A stretch of DNA of 64,000 nt, taken from NCBI GenBank assembly GCA_031835245.2, contig JAVKOQ020000015.1, positions 248,001 through 312,000 of the forward strand, read 5' to 3'. This document shows positions 1-11,420 of the stretch, one piece after another (position 1 is the first letter of the stretch; the number at the start of each line of letters is the position of its first letter). The DNA comes from Balamuthia mandrillaris (taxonomy: Eukaryota). The notes beneath the pieces were generated by a model that made no database searches, was not told where the DNA came from, and was given only the letters and a program-made list of their open reading frames with translations. The translations under genes and the position numbers were made by a program.

Positions 1-83
1 AGAACACTTTCAGGTAATGTAATGCTTCATTCTTACTTTTTTCTCAAAAAAACAAAAAGAAAAAAAAAACGAACAAACTTCTC

Positions 84-3073
84 TCAATAAAAAAAGTAGG
101 AAGCCACCGCAGAACACGCTCTCCATGCCAATGCCGCAGCCGGCACCACCGAAGCCGCCATCAGCACCTTGTATCCTGTTCTTCCCCACATCTTCACCCT
201 GGCGGAGACCTGCGGGTTCATCAATCTCCCTTTCGCCAAGACCATCAGCAAAGCTCCCCACAAAGCCACGCTCACCAATTTCAGAACGTCTTCCTCTCCT
301 CTTCCTCCGTTTCCTCCTCCGTCGAGAATGAAGAGGTCCAACAACAGGACCAACGTCCAACGAATCGAGTCGTTCTGTTGCAGGAAACGCAGGACGCTCC
401 ACAGCATTTGCATCGAGTGATTGTTGGCGTTGTGGTTGTTGTTGGTCCAGAAGAAGAGAGAAGAGAGGAAAGTAGGTGTGGAGGATGTAAGAAGGAGCTT
501 GAGGAGCATTTGAAGGTGCTGGTGGATCATCCAACAACGAAGTACGGTCTGAGTGGCAAAGTAGGTTATGGCAAAGGTGAGAAGGCTGAACACGGCGGAG
601 ATGTACCAGCGGCGACGCCGATACAAGGGGAGAAACAGCCACAGAACGCAGCCAACACCGACCACGAAGCTCACCACGGTTTCAGACCACATCCAAGAAT
701 CTCCATCCAAAGAACCAGAAGGAGTGGAAAAAGCGAAAGAGAAGAGTTGGTCAACGATCCAAGTGAGAGTGTGCCAGAGCATCGTGGTGGCACGGTTCAA
801 TAGGAAGGAATAGGCTCCCAACACAAGAAATCCAAAGCCGAAAGGCAGAATGATGTTACTAAAGTCCAACTTTGGTCTTGCGGTGAAAGAGATGGCCACC
901 AGGAAGGCCAGCAGAGCGAGCTGTGGATAGACACGAAAGAGAAGGAGGAGCTGATGAAGAAGAGAAGGTGGTTGAACGCAGCTGTTACCGCTGAAGAACC
1001 ACCGCAGACAGCATACGAAGAGGATGGAGAGGGAAAAGGCAAGTAGTTGGCGGGTCCACAGGGGAATGTAGGGAATGGTCTCGAACTTGGTGCTTGCTAA
1101 GATGGCGTCCACGGCTTTCTTCTTCTCTTCTTCTTCCAAAGACAAAAGGTCGTGATAAGGACTTGTTTTGTTTGTTGCCTTCTTCTTTTTCTTCTCCTTG
1201 TTTGCGTCTTCATCATCCTCTTTCTCGTTACCATTGGTGTCATTGTGTTGAATCGGTTCTTGTTGTGAAGTGATCGGGAACGATACCTCGGAAAGAAGAC
1301 GGCGCATGATGCCAGGGGGAAGAGACAAGAGGGCCTCTCTTCGGACTTCAGGATCGCTGTCATGCCGCACGCACAGCACAACCGCTCTGTGCACCGCTGC
1401 TGTGGCGTACTTGTAGGGAACACGAGCATACAATCTCAATAACTAGTATAACGACATTCAGTATTAGATATCTAAGTCCACCTCTCTCTGCTCTCGCTCT
1501 GTCTTCTCCTCTCATTTCTTAGCTCTCGTCTCGACAGTTACAAACTTACCTCAATGCGTAGTTGAGGGTCAAGAAGAAGATTGACTTCTTCCACGACGCT
1601 GTAGAGTGATCCTGCGGCCTTTTGTTGAATTGACTTTGTGCCATAACTCTTTAGCCATCTGCTTGCCGTGCGGTACCATGGTTCTTCATAATCCTCTGCC
1701 TCTTCCTCCACGTTTTGCGGTTCCTCGTTTTCTTCTTCTGATTCTTCTTCTTCCTCACTGTCATTTTCGTGCATGTCTGGCAGGATTCCATGATTACCAG
1801 TCTGATCATCGTCATCTTGGTCGCTGTCACTATCATCGCTATCACCATCTCCATCGCCTCCACTGCCACTGCCTTCAACTGCAGAAGTAGAATTATATCT
1901 GCGCTCGGTCTCATTCAAGTCTGGTATTACTCCGTTATTACCGTCCTGTTCAACGGTATTATATTCATCATGGCCATCATTCTCATCTCCATGATTGTTT
2001 TCAGCTACTATGTTAGGATTAACAGAAGGCCGTGAAGCAGAAGGTGGAGGAGGTGGAGGAACAGGATCGGCTGTTATTTGGTCCAACAGGTATCCCAACA
2101 TATACAGAGGAACCGCCGTCATGTCCGCCGAAGATGAATCTCTGTGTCGCGTTCTTGAGCCAGAAGAAGAGGAAGCAGAAGATGACGAAGCAGAGGACGA
2201 AGCAGAAGACGAAGCAGAACCGGTATCATGCACTTGTTCTGTTTCTTCATGCTGTTGTGATGCAGATGATGAATAGTCTGCATTCTCCGCAGGAGAAAAT
2301 GTTTGTGGCCGATGTTGATGTTGAGATGGTTGCTGTTGTTGATGTGGTGGGCGTTGGTGTTGATGGTGATGTTGAGGGTGTGGTGGAGGATGAACAGCAG
2401 ATCTTCTCATCATTTGCTCAATGGCAGCTCTATTTTCTAGCTCTCTCTGCTCGTAGCATTCCGGAGCAGCAAAGATAGGCTCGCTCAACTCTGCCAAACA
2501 TCGTATCAAGTCCGTTTGTAGATTTCTCCACAAGTTATTATCACCATCTTCATCCTTACCTTCTATCTCTTTTTCTTTCCCTTTTTGATTGTTACGTTTA
2601 GACGATGAAGAAGCAGAATGCGAAAGGGCAGTGAGCGATGAAAGAGAAGAAGTCGAAGTTGTCTCAGTGGTTGTAGCCAGTTGCAAACTGACCAACTCCA
2701 CCAAACTTTCCAACACAGCGAGTTGCACCCGCAGCCCGTACTTTGCCGTTTGGCTCACCAGGAGAGATAGCCATTTTCGGTGCTGAGGCCTTGTTGTTCC
2801 TGTTGAAGCGGAAGCGGAAGCAGAAGCAGACGAGGAAATAGCGCGACAGCAGCGATGGAGGTGTTGCAAAAGTCGAGTTGGCGGATACACAAAACTAAGA
2901 GCAGGAAGAGAAAAGCAGAAAGGTAATGAGTTAGCAAAAAATAGAGAGGAGAGAGCGGAGATAGACAAAGCGATAGAGGGGAAAGAGGGACAAAGAAAGG
3001 GGAGAGAGGGGAGAGAGAGAGAGAGAGAGAGACAGCGAGATAGAGAGGGGAAAGAGGGACAGATAAAGGGGGA

Positions 3074-3122
<49 letters not shown>

Positions 3123-3933
3123 CGAGCAAAAAGACAGAGAGCCAAAAAGAAGAGAAAGCAGGAAAAAAAATAACGTACTTCGACACAAAAGTTTTTTTCC
3201 AATCAACTCTCCGCCTTCTCCTCCTCCTCCTTCGAGCTCCGCCGCTCTCTCCGTCCTCTTCTTCCTTCTCTTTCTCCTTCTCTTCCTCCCCTTCTTCTCC
3301 GCCTTCCTCTTCCTCCTCCTCCATCTCCACAAACTCGATCACAAACGGAATGCCAAAGCAGCACCCAGGAAGGTGGTTCATCAGCATGGAAGAGGTGGCC
3401 ACCGACGAGGAACCAGCAGCGGTGGAGGAGCGCAGCCCCGCCCAGCCGTTGCTGGCCAGGGAGATCAGGTCGCTGGGGTCCAGCTGCAGTTGGACCTGTC
3501 CCGTGTTGTTGCCCGTCGTAAAAGAGGCCGAGAGCGTCAACGTGCCTCTTCCCCCTCCCCCCATTGCTCCCTGATTGGAATTATTTGTCGGGGCCGCTGC
3601 TTCTTCTTCACTTTCTTCTTCTTCTCCTTCTTCTTCTCCTTCACTGTCTTCTTCTGCTTCTCCTAATCTTTCTTCTCCCTCCTCACCTTGGGAGGCCTCA
3701 ACGGGTGAATCCACGGAGGAGGAGGAGGAGGAGGGAAAGAGGGCGGTCTCAGCATTCGCCGAAGAGGGAGCGAGCTCCAGCACCAGGCGACGCCAGGTGG
3801 CGCTGCGCTCGTGGAGGGAGTCGTCCAGAAGGAGGCAGCGAAAGTGCTGGCAGGTGGCCTCCAGCGCCAGCAGCTCGGCCGCCTGGCAGAAGCTGAAGAC
3901 GTGCAGCTGCAGCTCCACTGGCAAATCTTCCAT
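84..3933 (-). CDS. F-box protein with low-complexity middle and C-terminal multi-pass membrane region (3 exons: 3933-3179, ~2894-1550, 1442-84)
   Basis: N-terminal F-box pattern MEDLPVELQLHVFSFCQAAELLALEATCQHFRCL. GT-AG joins link three ORFs in frame (SN|FVYPP, RIE|LLRLY). Several hydrophobic helices in the last exon. Confidence 0.7.
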
Positions 3934-4170
3934 CGTGTGCACTTCTTTCTTTTGCTTCTCTTTTTCTGTCGATTTTTTTATTTTTCGTATCGTTAATTAT
4001 CAAAAAAAAAAAGTCTGGCATTCCAATGATTAATCAAAGATTCCATAGTCTACAAAAATTCACCCAATCATGATTCAAAAATCCATATTTTAATGTCGTC
4101 AATTATTACAATGATCGTAGGAAAAATGTCGACAAAACCAATTTATTTATTGGGAAGGTGAGAAACAGGA

Positions 4171-5195
4171 TCATACGGGACGGCCTTGCAGGTCTTTGCG
4201 AAGGAACCAGCCCTTCAGGACGAGGATCTTGATGATGGTCACGACGATCAGCGTCAGTCCCTCTGCCCAGGAAAACGCTTCAATTTTGAACAAGAGGCCT
4301 TCCATGTCTTGATGCAGAGCAACAGCAAGAATGGTGAGAGGAACAAAGATCAAATGAAACCCGAGTGAGAACAGAGCAAGCAAGAGATGAGGATGGATGG
4401 AAAAAAGTACATTGATGGTTGACTTGGTCTCGAACGCGTTGCATCTTGAGCTCCCAGTCGATATCTCGGGCATTAGCGGTCATTGTGTGCACGGAGGAGT
4501 GTATGCTGAGATACTTGGCTGGCGAATGAGGGGAGAGGAGCAACAGAATAAATGAGCAGACGGATCAAAGAACACCAGAAGAGAGCACAACAAGGCAGAA
4601 AGGAAGGAGTGGAAAATAGGGGAAAAGATAACAGACGAGACGCAGCACCGAAAATGGATCACTGCCAGACTCGAAGGAGAGGAAGAGCGAGAGAGCACAA
4701 ACCGTCAATTGTGGCGGCTTCGTGGTAGCTTTTGCTATCAGCGTCAATGAAGGTAACCGTGACGGTTTTATCCACCGTTCTGGAGTGCAGGTTGGAGAAA
4801 CACACCTTCCATCTTCCGCCCTGGCCCTCCTGCACGTCCACCTCAAAGTATCCCGTTTCATCCATCCAACCCTCTTCCACAAGCTCCTCCTTCTTTTTGT
4901 TTTTCTTTGAGGGTTTTTGCTGTTGTTGTTCCGCTTCTTCGTCATCATCGGGAGGAAAAGCAAAGGTGTGCATGCGAGAGTGTACGACCGTTCCGGAAGG
5001 GTCCTCCACAACGAGCTGAATGTCCATGATGCCGCCTTTCACCACGAAGAACTCCAGCATCATGATGTCTCCTTCCTCGTAGTTCCTTGTCAAGCATTCC
5101 TCTGAACGTTTGGCCACATGGAAGGAGATGGAGTGACAGGAAGGCAGCAAAGCCAAGAAGACCAATCCAGCAAGACAAAACAACCGAAAAGTCAT
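4171..5195 (-). CDS. p24/emp24/gp25L (GOLD domain) family cargo receptor, 3 exons
   Basis: Signal peptide; GOLD domain with two Cys (EECL...KVCFSN); coiled coil (ARDIDWELKMQRVRD); spliced C-terminal TM helix and short tail (FSWAEGLTLIVVTIIKILVLKGWFLRK). Confidence 0.85.
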
Positions 5196-5625
5196 TCTCC
5201 AACCCAAGATGAAGTGCACCCCTACGGACTCCGTGCTGTTTTCCTACGTGGTGTGCTTAACGCGCTCTTCCTCTTCTGTTGGTGACTTCTTTTTTTGCTT
5301 TGTTGCTTCAACCGACGTGTCGTGTTTTATCGCCTTTTTTAGATGTAAATATTTCAGTAATGTTAAATATTTTGGGTATGAAAACAATGTGAACTTGCTG
5401 TCGTCAGCGGGAATTTATGACATCATCGGCATTGATCTCACTTTAAAATCCAATCAAAATTCAAACATAGTCATTATAAAAGGTAAAATTATCCCCTCCC
5501 AACCAAAGAGAACAACGCCCTTTCCTTCTTCTTTCTTCTTCGTCGTCAAACGCTTCTTTCTTTCTTTCTTTCTTTCCAACACAACAATAACAATACTCTT
5601 TCCGTTCTTCAAACCGGCTCCACGA

Positions 5626-6714
5626 ATGCAGCACCGGCGCCGATTTAACATCGCAAGGAGCCCTCATTGGGTCGAACTGCTGTTGTCTTATGGCCTGGCG
5701 ACCGCTTTGTGCTTTGCCTACTCGCTCTGCTTCCTCGGCACTTCCTATCGGGAGCTGTTGGCCTTCATCTTTGTTGGCGGGTCTCTTTACACCTTCTTCG
5801 AGTACTGGTTCCACCGCATCCTGCTTCATCGCGAGTACATATTGTTTTAAACTTATTTTTTTTTTTGCTTTCCAACTTTTCTCACACAAAAACCAAACAG
5901 TTATTTCACCATTCCTTCTTTTCTGTTATTTCCTCCTCCGCGCGACGACAACAACAGCAAAGGATGGGGCTTCCAAAATCCCATCAAGACGGCTCATGAC
6001 CGCCACCACCAGCGCCCTCGCCAGCTTCGCATCATCGCCACGCCTATCTTTCCGGTCCAATGCTGGGATGCTGTAGTGGTCTCCCTCCTGTGTTGGCTGC
6101 TGGACAAGAAGGCGGCCTGCGGCATCAACTGCGGCATTGCGCTGGGACAGATGGCCATGGATGCCACTCATATGCTCTTTCACTCGCGGCATCGGCCGTG
6201 GCTCTTGGAGTCGGCTCGCAGCTATCATCTCTTTCATCATCGGTCTTCATCTTCTTCTACTCCGCCTCATCATCGCTCAACTTCCTTGAAGAAAGAAAAG
6301 AAGGAGGAAGAGGAGAATGAAGAAGTTGAAGTGGCGCATGGATTGACGACGCCGTTCTGGGATATGGTCTTTGGGACGTTTCCGTATCGGTGGAGGGTCT
6401 ATCAACGGCACCCTTGGCTCCGGTTTCTCCAACTCCCATTTCCTCTTCTCAGTTTCATTCTCATGTCCGTTCTTAGTCGGGATTCCTCTTCTTCGCCTTC
6501 ATCAACTTTATCAACATCTAATTCTTCTTTCTTCCGTCTGTGTACATCTTCTTCCAAAGGCAATGTTGTTTCTTCATCTCTCTCATCCTCTACCTTGCTT
6601 TCCTCTTCACCTTCCTCTTTATCTACCACGGCGGCGTTTGCACCTATAGATCCATATTACTTGCTCACCACATTGGTCGGCACCTTTCTCTTCACCATTC
6701 CCATTCTTTGTTAG
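5626..6714 (+). CDS. Fatty acid hydroxylase superfamily protein (FA2H/Scs7-like, no cytochrome b5 domain), 2 exons
   Basis: Four His boxes across the intron: EYWFHRILLH, HDRHH, HMLFH, YHLFHH. Family-typical GLTTPFWDMVFGT motif. Confidence 0.85.
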
Positions 6715-6813
6715 CATTCTTCATCGCTCACCTCCTTTTTTTTGTTATTTGGTGTTTTGTATTGTTGTTTGTTTGTATCATCAATCGAAAGTTTGACGCT
6801 GAAATTAAAGCTG

Positions 6814-9800
6814 TTAGTTGTCTTTCTTGATCGTTAATCCTTTGTCGTAGGAATGCGCTTTCCACGAAAGGTTCAGTAGAGGAGGTTTCTCTTTGTTGAT
6901 AGATTTGAGGATGGAGCGATCCAAATCTTTGAAATCGTTGTTGTTATTGTTTTTGTTGTTGTAGTTTGTCATTTCGTTTGCTTCTCTATCTTGCTTTGCT
7001 TCTTTTTCTTGATGTTCGCTTTGTTCGGAAGGAAGATGTTCTGACTCGTCCGGATCAGAAGCTGGGATTAGAAATGTTTTGTACTGATCCCATTTGTCCA
7101 ATCTTTAAATCACAAGGATTAGAAAATTGTGGAGAAAGAACAGAAATGAAGGGAATAAAAAGATGCAAAAGAGCGAAGGAAAGAGAGACAGAGAGAGGAC
7201 AACAGAGAACAAACCTTGGGCCCAAATCTTCAACCAACTTTCGTAGAGTAAACTGGAGCTCAGCGCGCCACTTGCGCAAGTACTCCAGCTTTCGCCGTGA
7301 ACGAGCCATTGTCAAAACAACCCGCAACATTTTCCACTCCCAAAAACCTTTTTCTATCACTCTTAAACTTATTTTTGTTCAAGTTAAAATATGATTTGAG
7401 GCAGTAGCAAGACATAAGAAGAAAGCAGAAAGATGAGTACAGTTGAAAGAAGAAACGAAAATCGAATTAAGAGGACTCTACCTTGCATAAGAAATAAGTG
7501 GTAAACAGAAGAAAAAAAGAAGAGCATAGCCGAATCCCCAAAAGTAAAAAATTGCTGCTGAGTACAGAATGTACGAAACCGGCATTCCTATCCCTGCAAT
7601 TATTATCTACAGAATAACAAACATGAAAATGAAGGAGAAAAATAAGAACTAAAGAAAAAATAAAATAAGTGAAAAGAGGAAAACAAGCAACCTTATAACT
7701 AGCCATGACATCTCTGCATCCATACATAGCGTGTGGGTCGTTCTCAGCACACTCTTCCGCTTTCCTGTTGGCAATGATGCGAGCGGCCAACATGGCGGGA
7801 GCGATGGGTAGCATCCCTGGCAGAGCCAAGCAAATAAGGAAGCTCAACCGCAGGAAACGAAAAAGGATGCGAAAGAGAAAGTTGAGGTTGCCGATGTGAG
7901 GGGAGGTGCCACCAGACTCCAAATGATAGTCCTTCAAGTCGTAGGCTGTCAATTGTCGTTTGTACTCCAACAACTCACTATCGTTTTTGGTGGGTTAATG
8001 CCCATGAAACTCGAATAAAAGAACAGATAACAAAACAAAATAAAATTAAAGAAACGCTAATGCCAGAAATAAAAGGATGTACCGTCTGAACTTAGCGACT
8101 CCTGGATGGTCTTTAAACTTTATGGCTGCTTCAGCGAATGCTCGGTTCAACAAAATGTAGTTTTCAGGGCTCAATCTAAAGAGCCATTGGGTAAGTTCAT
8201 TTCTATTTGAAACAACATAAAAGGAGTATAATGAAAGGGAACCTAATAGAACTATCAACATAAAGAGCTCTGGCCAAAAGAATGCTTTGTAATTGATCGA
8301 GTGTTGGTACGTTCAATGTCACGTTTTTTAACCGCTGTGTGATGTCGTCCAATAACTCTGAGCAAGCCTCTCTGCGCTCTTGTTTTGTGCCTTGGTACTT
8401 CCGTATTAGCTCTCTGCTAGTCTCTTTCGAGATCACTAATGGATGACCAAACTCTGACAAAAATGGAAAGAATAAAGATAACATCAGAAAAGCAAAGAAT
8501 CAAAGTGCAAAGATGAGCAGAATAAAGGAAACGACAAAGAGAGAAGAAGCAGAAGAAGCAGCAGCAGATGCAGCAGAAGAAGAGGAAGTGACAGAGGAAG
8601 AGGACGAGGAGTTCGTACCAACAACAACATGGCTTCGGAAACGATGACCAGAAAAATAGTTCAGTCCACAAGGAATGATCTTGATAGGAATGTCATGCTT
8701 AGCAATGGCTCCAAGGGCCATAATAGCTACGCCTGCTTTCAAAGGAAGTAACTCTGGGCGATCATGCGAAGATCCCTCCGGAAAGATGCCAATGCTTTAA
8801 AAGAGGCATATAAGTCAGCCATTCTACCAAAGGCAAGAGTATGTTTCAAATGTACCATCGCTTACGACCGAGAGTATCCCACACCTTTTCGTAGACGGAC
8901 GTTTGATCGAGCTTCGGAAGGATCTATAGGGATGTAGATAGGGAGCATAATGAGTTTAGAGAGATAAAGAAAAACACGAACGAAAGAGAAAGAATAAAGA
9001 GAACAATAAGGGCAATGACAAAAGCACCTTGAAGGGAGCATTCTCGATGCCAGGACAAGGCGAGGTTGGATGCAGCTGCAACTTTTCGTCCGAAAGTATC
9101 TTCACCACCAGGCCGTTCAACGTGGCAGAGATCTTCCACTTGTTCTTATCCTTCTCGGTTCTTTCCAATGGCACGACGGTATCCCCTTCCTCCAACTGCT
9201 GTGTGAAGCGAGTACCCTCGCCGAGGAGAATGCATGGGTCATCTGGACTGGTCCTCAGTGTGCCTTGTCCTTGTTGGCTGGCATCGCGAGCGCGTTTGAC
9301 AGGGATGCAGCCGGTGAGGAGGGCAAAGATGCCCACCACCCATCGTTTGAAGGACACCTCGGCGGCCAGGAAGGATACGCGACGAGGAGAGCGGGCCGTT
9401 AGGATCATAAAGTCCACGAATTGGTTGGGGTGGTTGCCTGTTGTTTGTGGTGGATGAAGGTTATTTTCGGAGAAGAGAATAGAAGAGAGAAGAGGGAAGA
9501 GAGAAGAGGGAAGAGAGAAGAGGGAAGAGAAAAGAGGGAAGAGAGAAGCAGAGAAGAGAGAAGAGAGAAGCAGAGAAGCAGAGAAGCAGAGAAGCAGAGA
9601 AGCAGAGAAGCAGAGAAGCAGAGAAGCAGAGAAGCAGAGAAGCAGAGAAGCAGAGAAGCAAATGGGAGAATGGGAGAATGAGAGAAGAGAGAATAAGAGA
9701 ATGAGAGAAAAGGAGAGAAGGAGAAAAGAATAGCAGAGAGGAAGCATGGAGGAGGGAGCAGGCACGGAGAAATGAAAAGAAGTGGAGAAGCGGAGAAGGG

Positions 9801-9970
9801 CGAAGCGAAAGCGCCTAACCTACAAAGATGCAAGCCCCGTCCTTTGGGATGCGGTGCTGTCCAACCACCTCGATGTCATGAAAGAAGATATGCAGCAGGA
9901 CCTTGAAGAGCAGCTTAACCAGCGGATAGACCACCTTTTGCGTCCACTCCAACCATGTGATGGACGCCAT
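6814..9970 (-). CDS. Glycerol-3-phosphate/DHAP acyltransferase, Sct1/Gpt2 type, multi-exon
   Basis: Acyltransferase motifs GNHPNQFVD, IPVKRARD, IFPEGSSHDRPELLPLKAGVAIMAL, PCGLNYFSGHRFRS, then C-terminal TM segments. Confidence 0.9.
9564..9660. repeat. Octanucleotide tandem repeat (GAGAAGCA)n in GPAT intron 1
   Basis: About 12 consecutive copies visible directly. Confidence 0.9.
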
Positions 9971-10226
9971 CCTCCAAAAAAAAAAAAAAAAAACAAGATG
10001 TACAAAGGAGGAGGATACAAAGACTACGCAACTACACAAGACCACCCAAAAAGAATAGCTTTGCAAAGAGGGCAAAAAAAAAAATAAATCGATCGTCGTC
10101 CTTTTTTTTCTTCACTTTCTTTTAAGGGGGCCTGCTCGGATCATAAGGATCAGTCGTGTCGTCTTGACAAAAAGGTCGAGCGTTCCGGAACGCTTGATCT
10201 ACGTGTGTTTTCCTGCTTTTGTTGAC

Positions 10227-11321
10227 ATGGTACAGATCAAGGGGATTTTTTTTTTTGTCGAGCAGGAAGCGGAGGTGGTGTCGCCGTTTGTCGTCAACGG
10301 CGACATGGTTTTGTATGGGTTTCCCTGCTAAAGTTTAGAAAGGCATTTTCTAAACATTTTTTGTAGACAACCAAAAAAAAAAGATGAACCGACAGGGAGT
10401 ATCAACGCCTTTATCAACGCAGCTACTATGCGCAAAAAAAAACGAGAACGGGAGGAGAAGGAACAAGAGGAACAGCAGCGACTGAAAAAAAGGCGAGAAC
10501 AAAAGAATGCTTCAGACCGTCGTTGCCGAGCATGGCGGTTATCCAAAGCACCTTCCACCCAAGACCAACCACAGGAGGCTGAAAATGAACACAGGCTGGG
10601 TTTTCCTTCAGGTTTGTCTTTATCTTTGCCTTGCCCTTGCTCTTTAACCTCACCCTCTTCACCCTCAGGTTCACCTTCACCCTCGTCCTCGCCCTCGCTC
10701 TCGCCCTCGCCCTTGCCCTTGCCCTCAAAGGAACAATGTGAGCTCCAGAAAGAAAAACGACGGAAGCAGATGGCCAAGAGCAAACGGCATCTTCGAGCTC
10801 AGCAACAACAAGAAAAGGAGGAACAAGAAGCCAAGACACGGCGCAAAAGGCAGCTCCAGAAAGAAAGAAACCAACGCCACCGAAACAAGTGCCTTTCAAC
10901 ACTACTTGCAGCATCACAAGCCACGAGCGCATCCGCCTTCCTGCTCTGCGCCTGTATCCTCAGCTCCGTGACGGGAGCAACCACCGCGGTCCTCTGCAGC
11001 GTGAGAGCACAAAAGCTGCACTTCAATAAAACACTTCTCAGTTTGTGCACATCCTCAGCACTTCTCACTTGCTGTCCTCTGCAGTGTGAGAGCACAAAAG
11101 CTGCAGCTTCAATAAAACTCTTCTCAATTTGTGCACATACTCAGCACATATTAAATCCCATAAAGTTTGTTAAGTTTCCCTTCGAGTATGGGACGAACCC
11201 GAGCAGGCCCCCGAAAGTTTTGGTTTTAAGGTGGATGTGGAGGACCACAAAAACAGCTCCATTTGAGCAACAGCTGGGAACGAAAGTATGTCATCACGAA
11301 CCGACGTTGGCAACAAAATAA
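10227..11321 (+). CDS. Hypothetical charged/coiled-coil protein; 5' micro-exons and 3' end uncertain
   Basis: ORF 10428-11321 is K/E/Q/R-rich. A GT-AG intron at 10314-10366 joins upstream coding in frame (VVNGDMVL|QPKKKDEPTG). No recognisable domain. Confidence 0.35.
10989..11147. repeat. Two near-identical ~73 bp direct repeats (10989-11061, 11074-11147)
   Basis: Unit gtcctctgcagYgtgagagcacaaaagctgca(g)cttcaataaaacWcttctcaRtttgtgcacatMctcagcac, about 5 differences between copies. Confidence 0.9.
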
Positions 11322-11420
11322 GCAGCAATTGACTTTTTTTTCTGGACAACAAGATGACGTCAGGTCGATGATGTCATTGTGTCGACATGAATTCTTTGCC
11401 CAAGAAGAAAAAAGAGATTG

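Noticed and set aside
10989..11147. CRISPR-like repeat-spacer array
   Set aside because: Only two ~73 bp units with a 12 bp gap, no cas genes, eukaryotic context.
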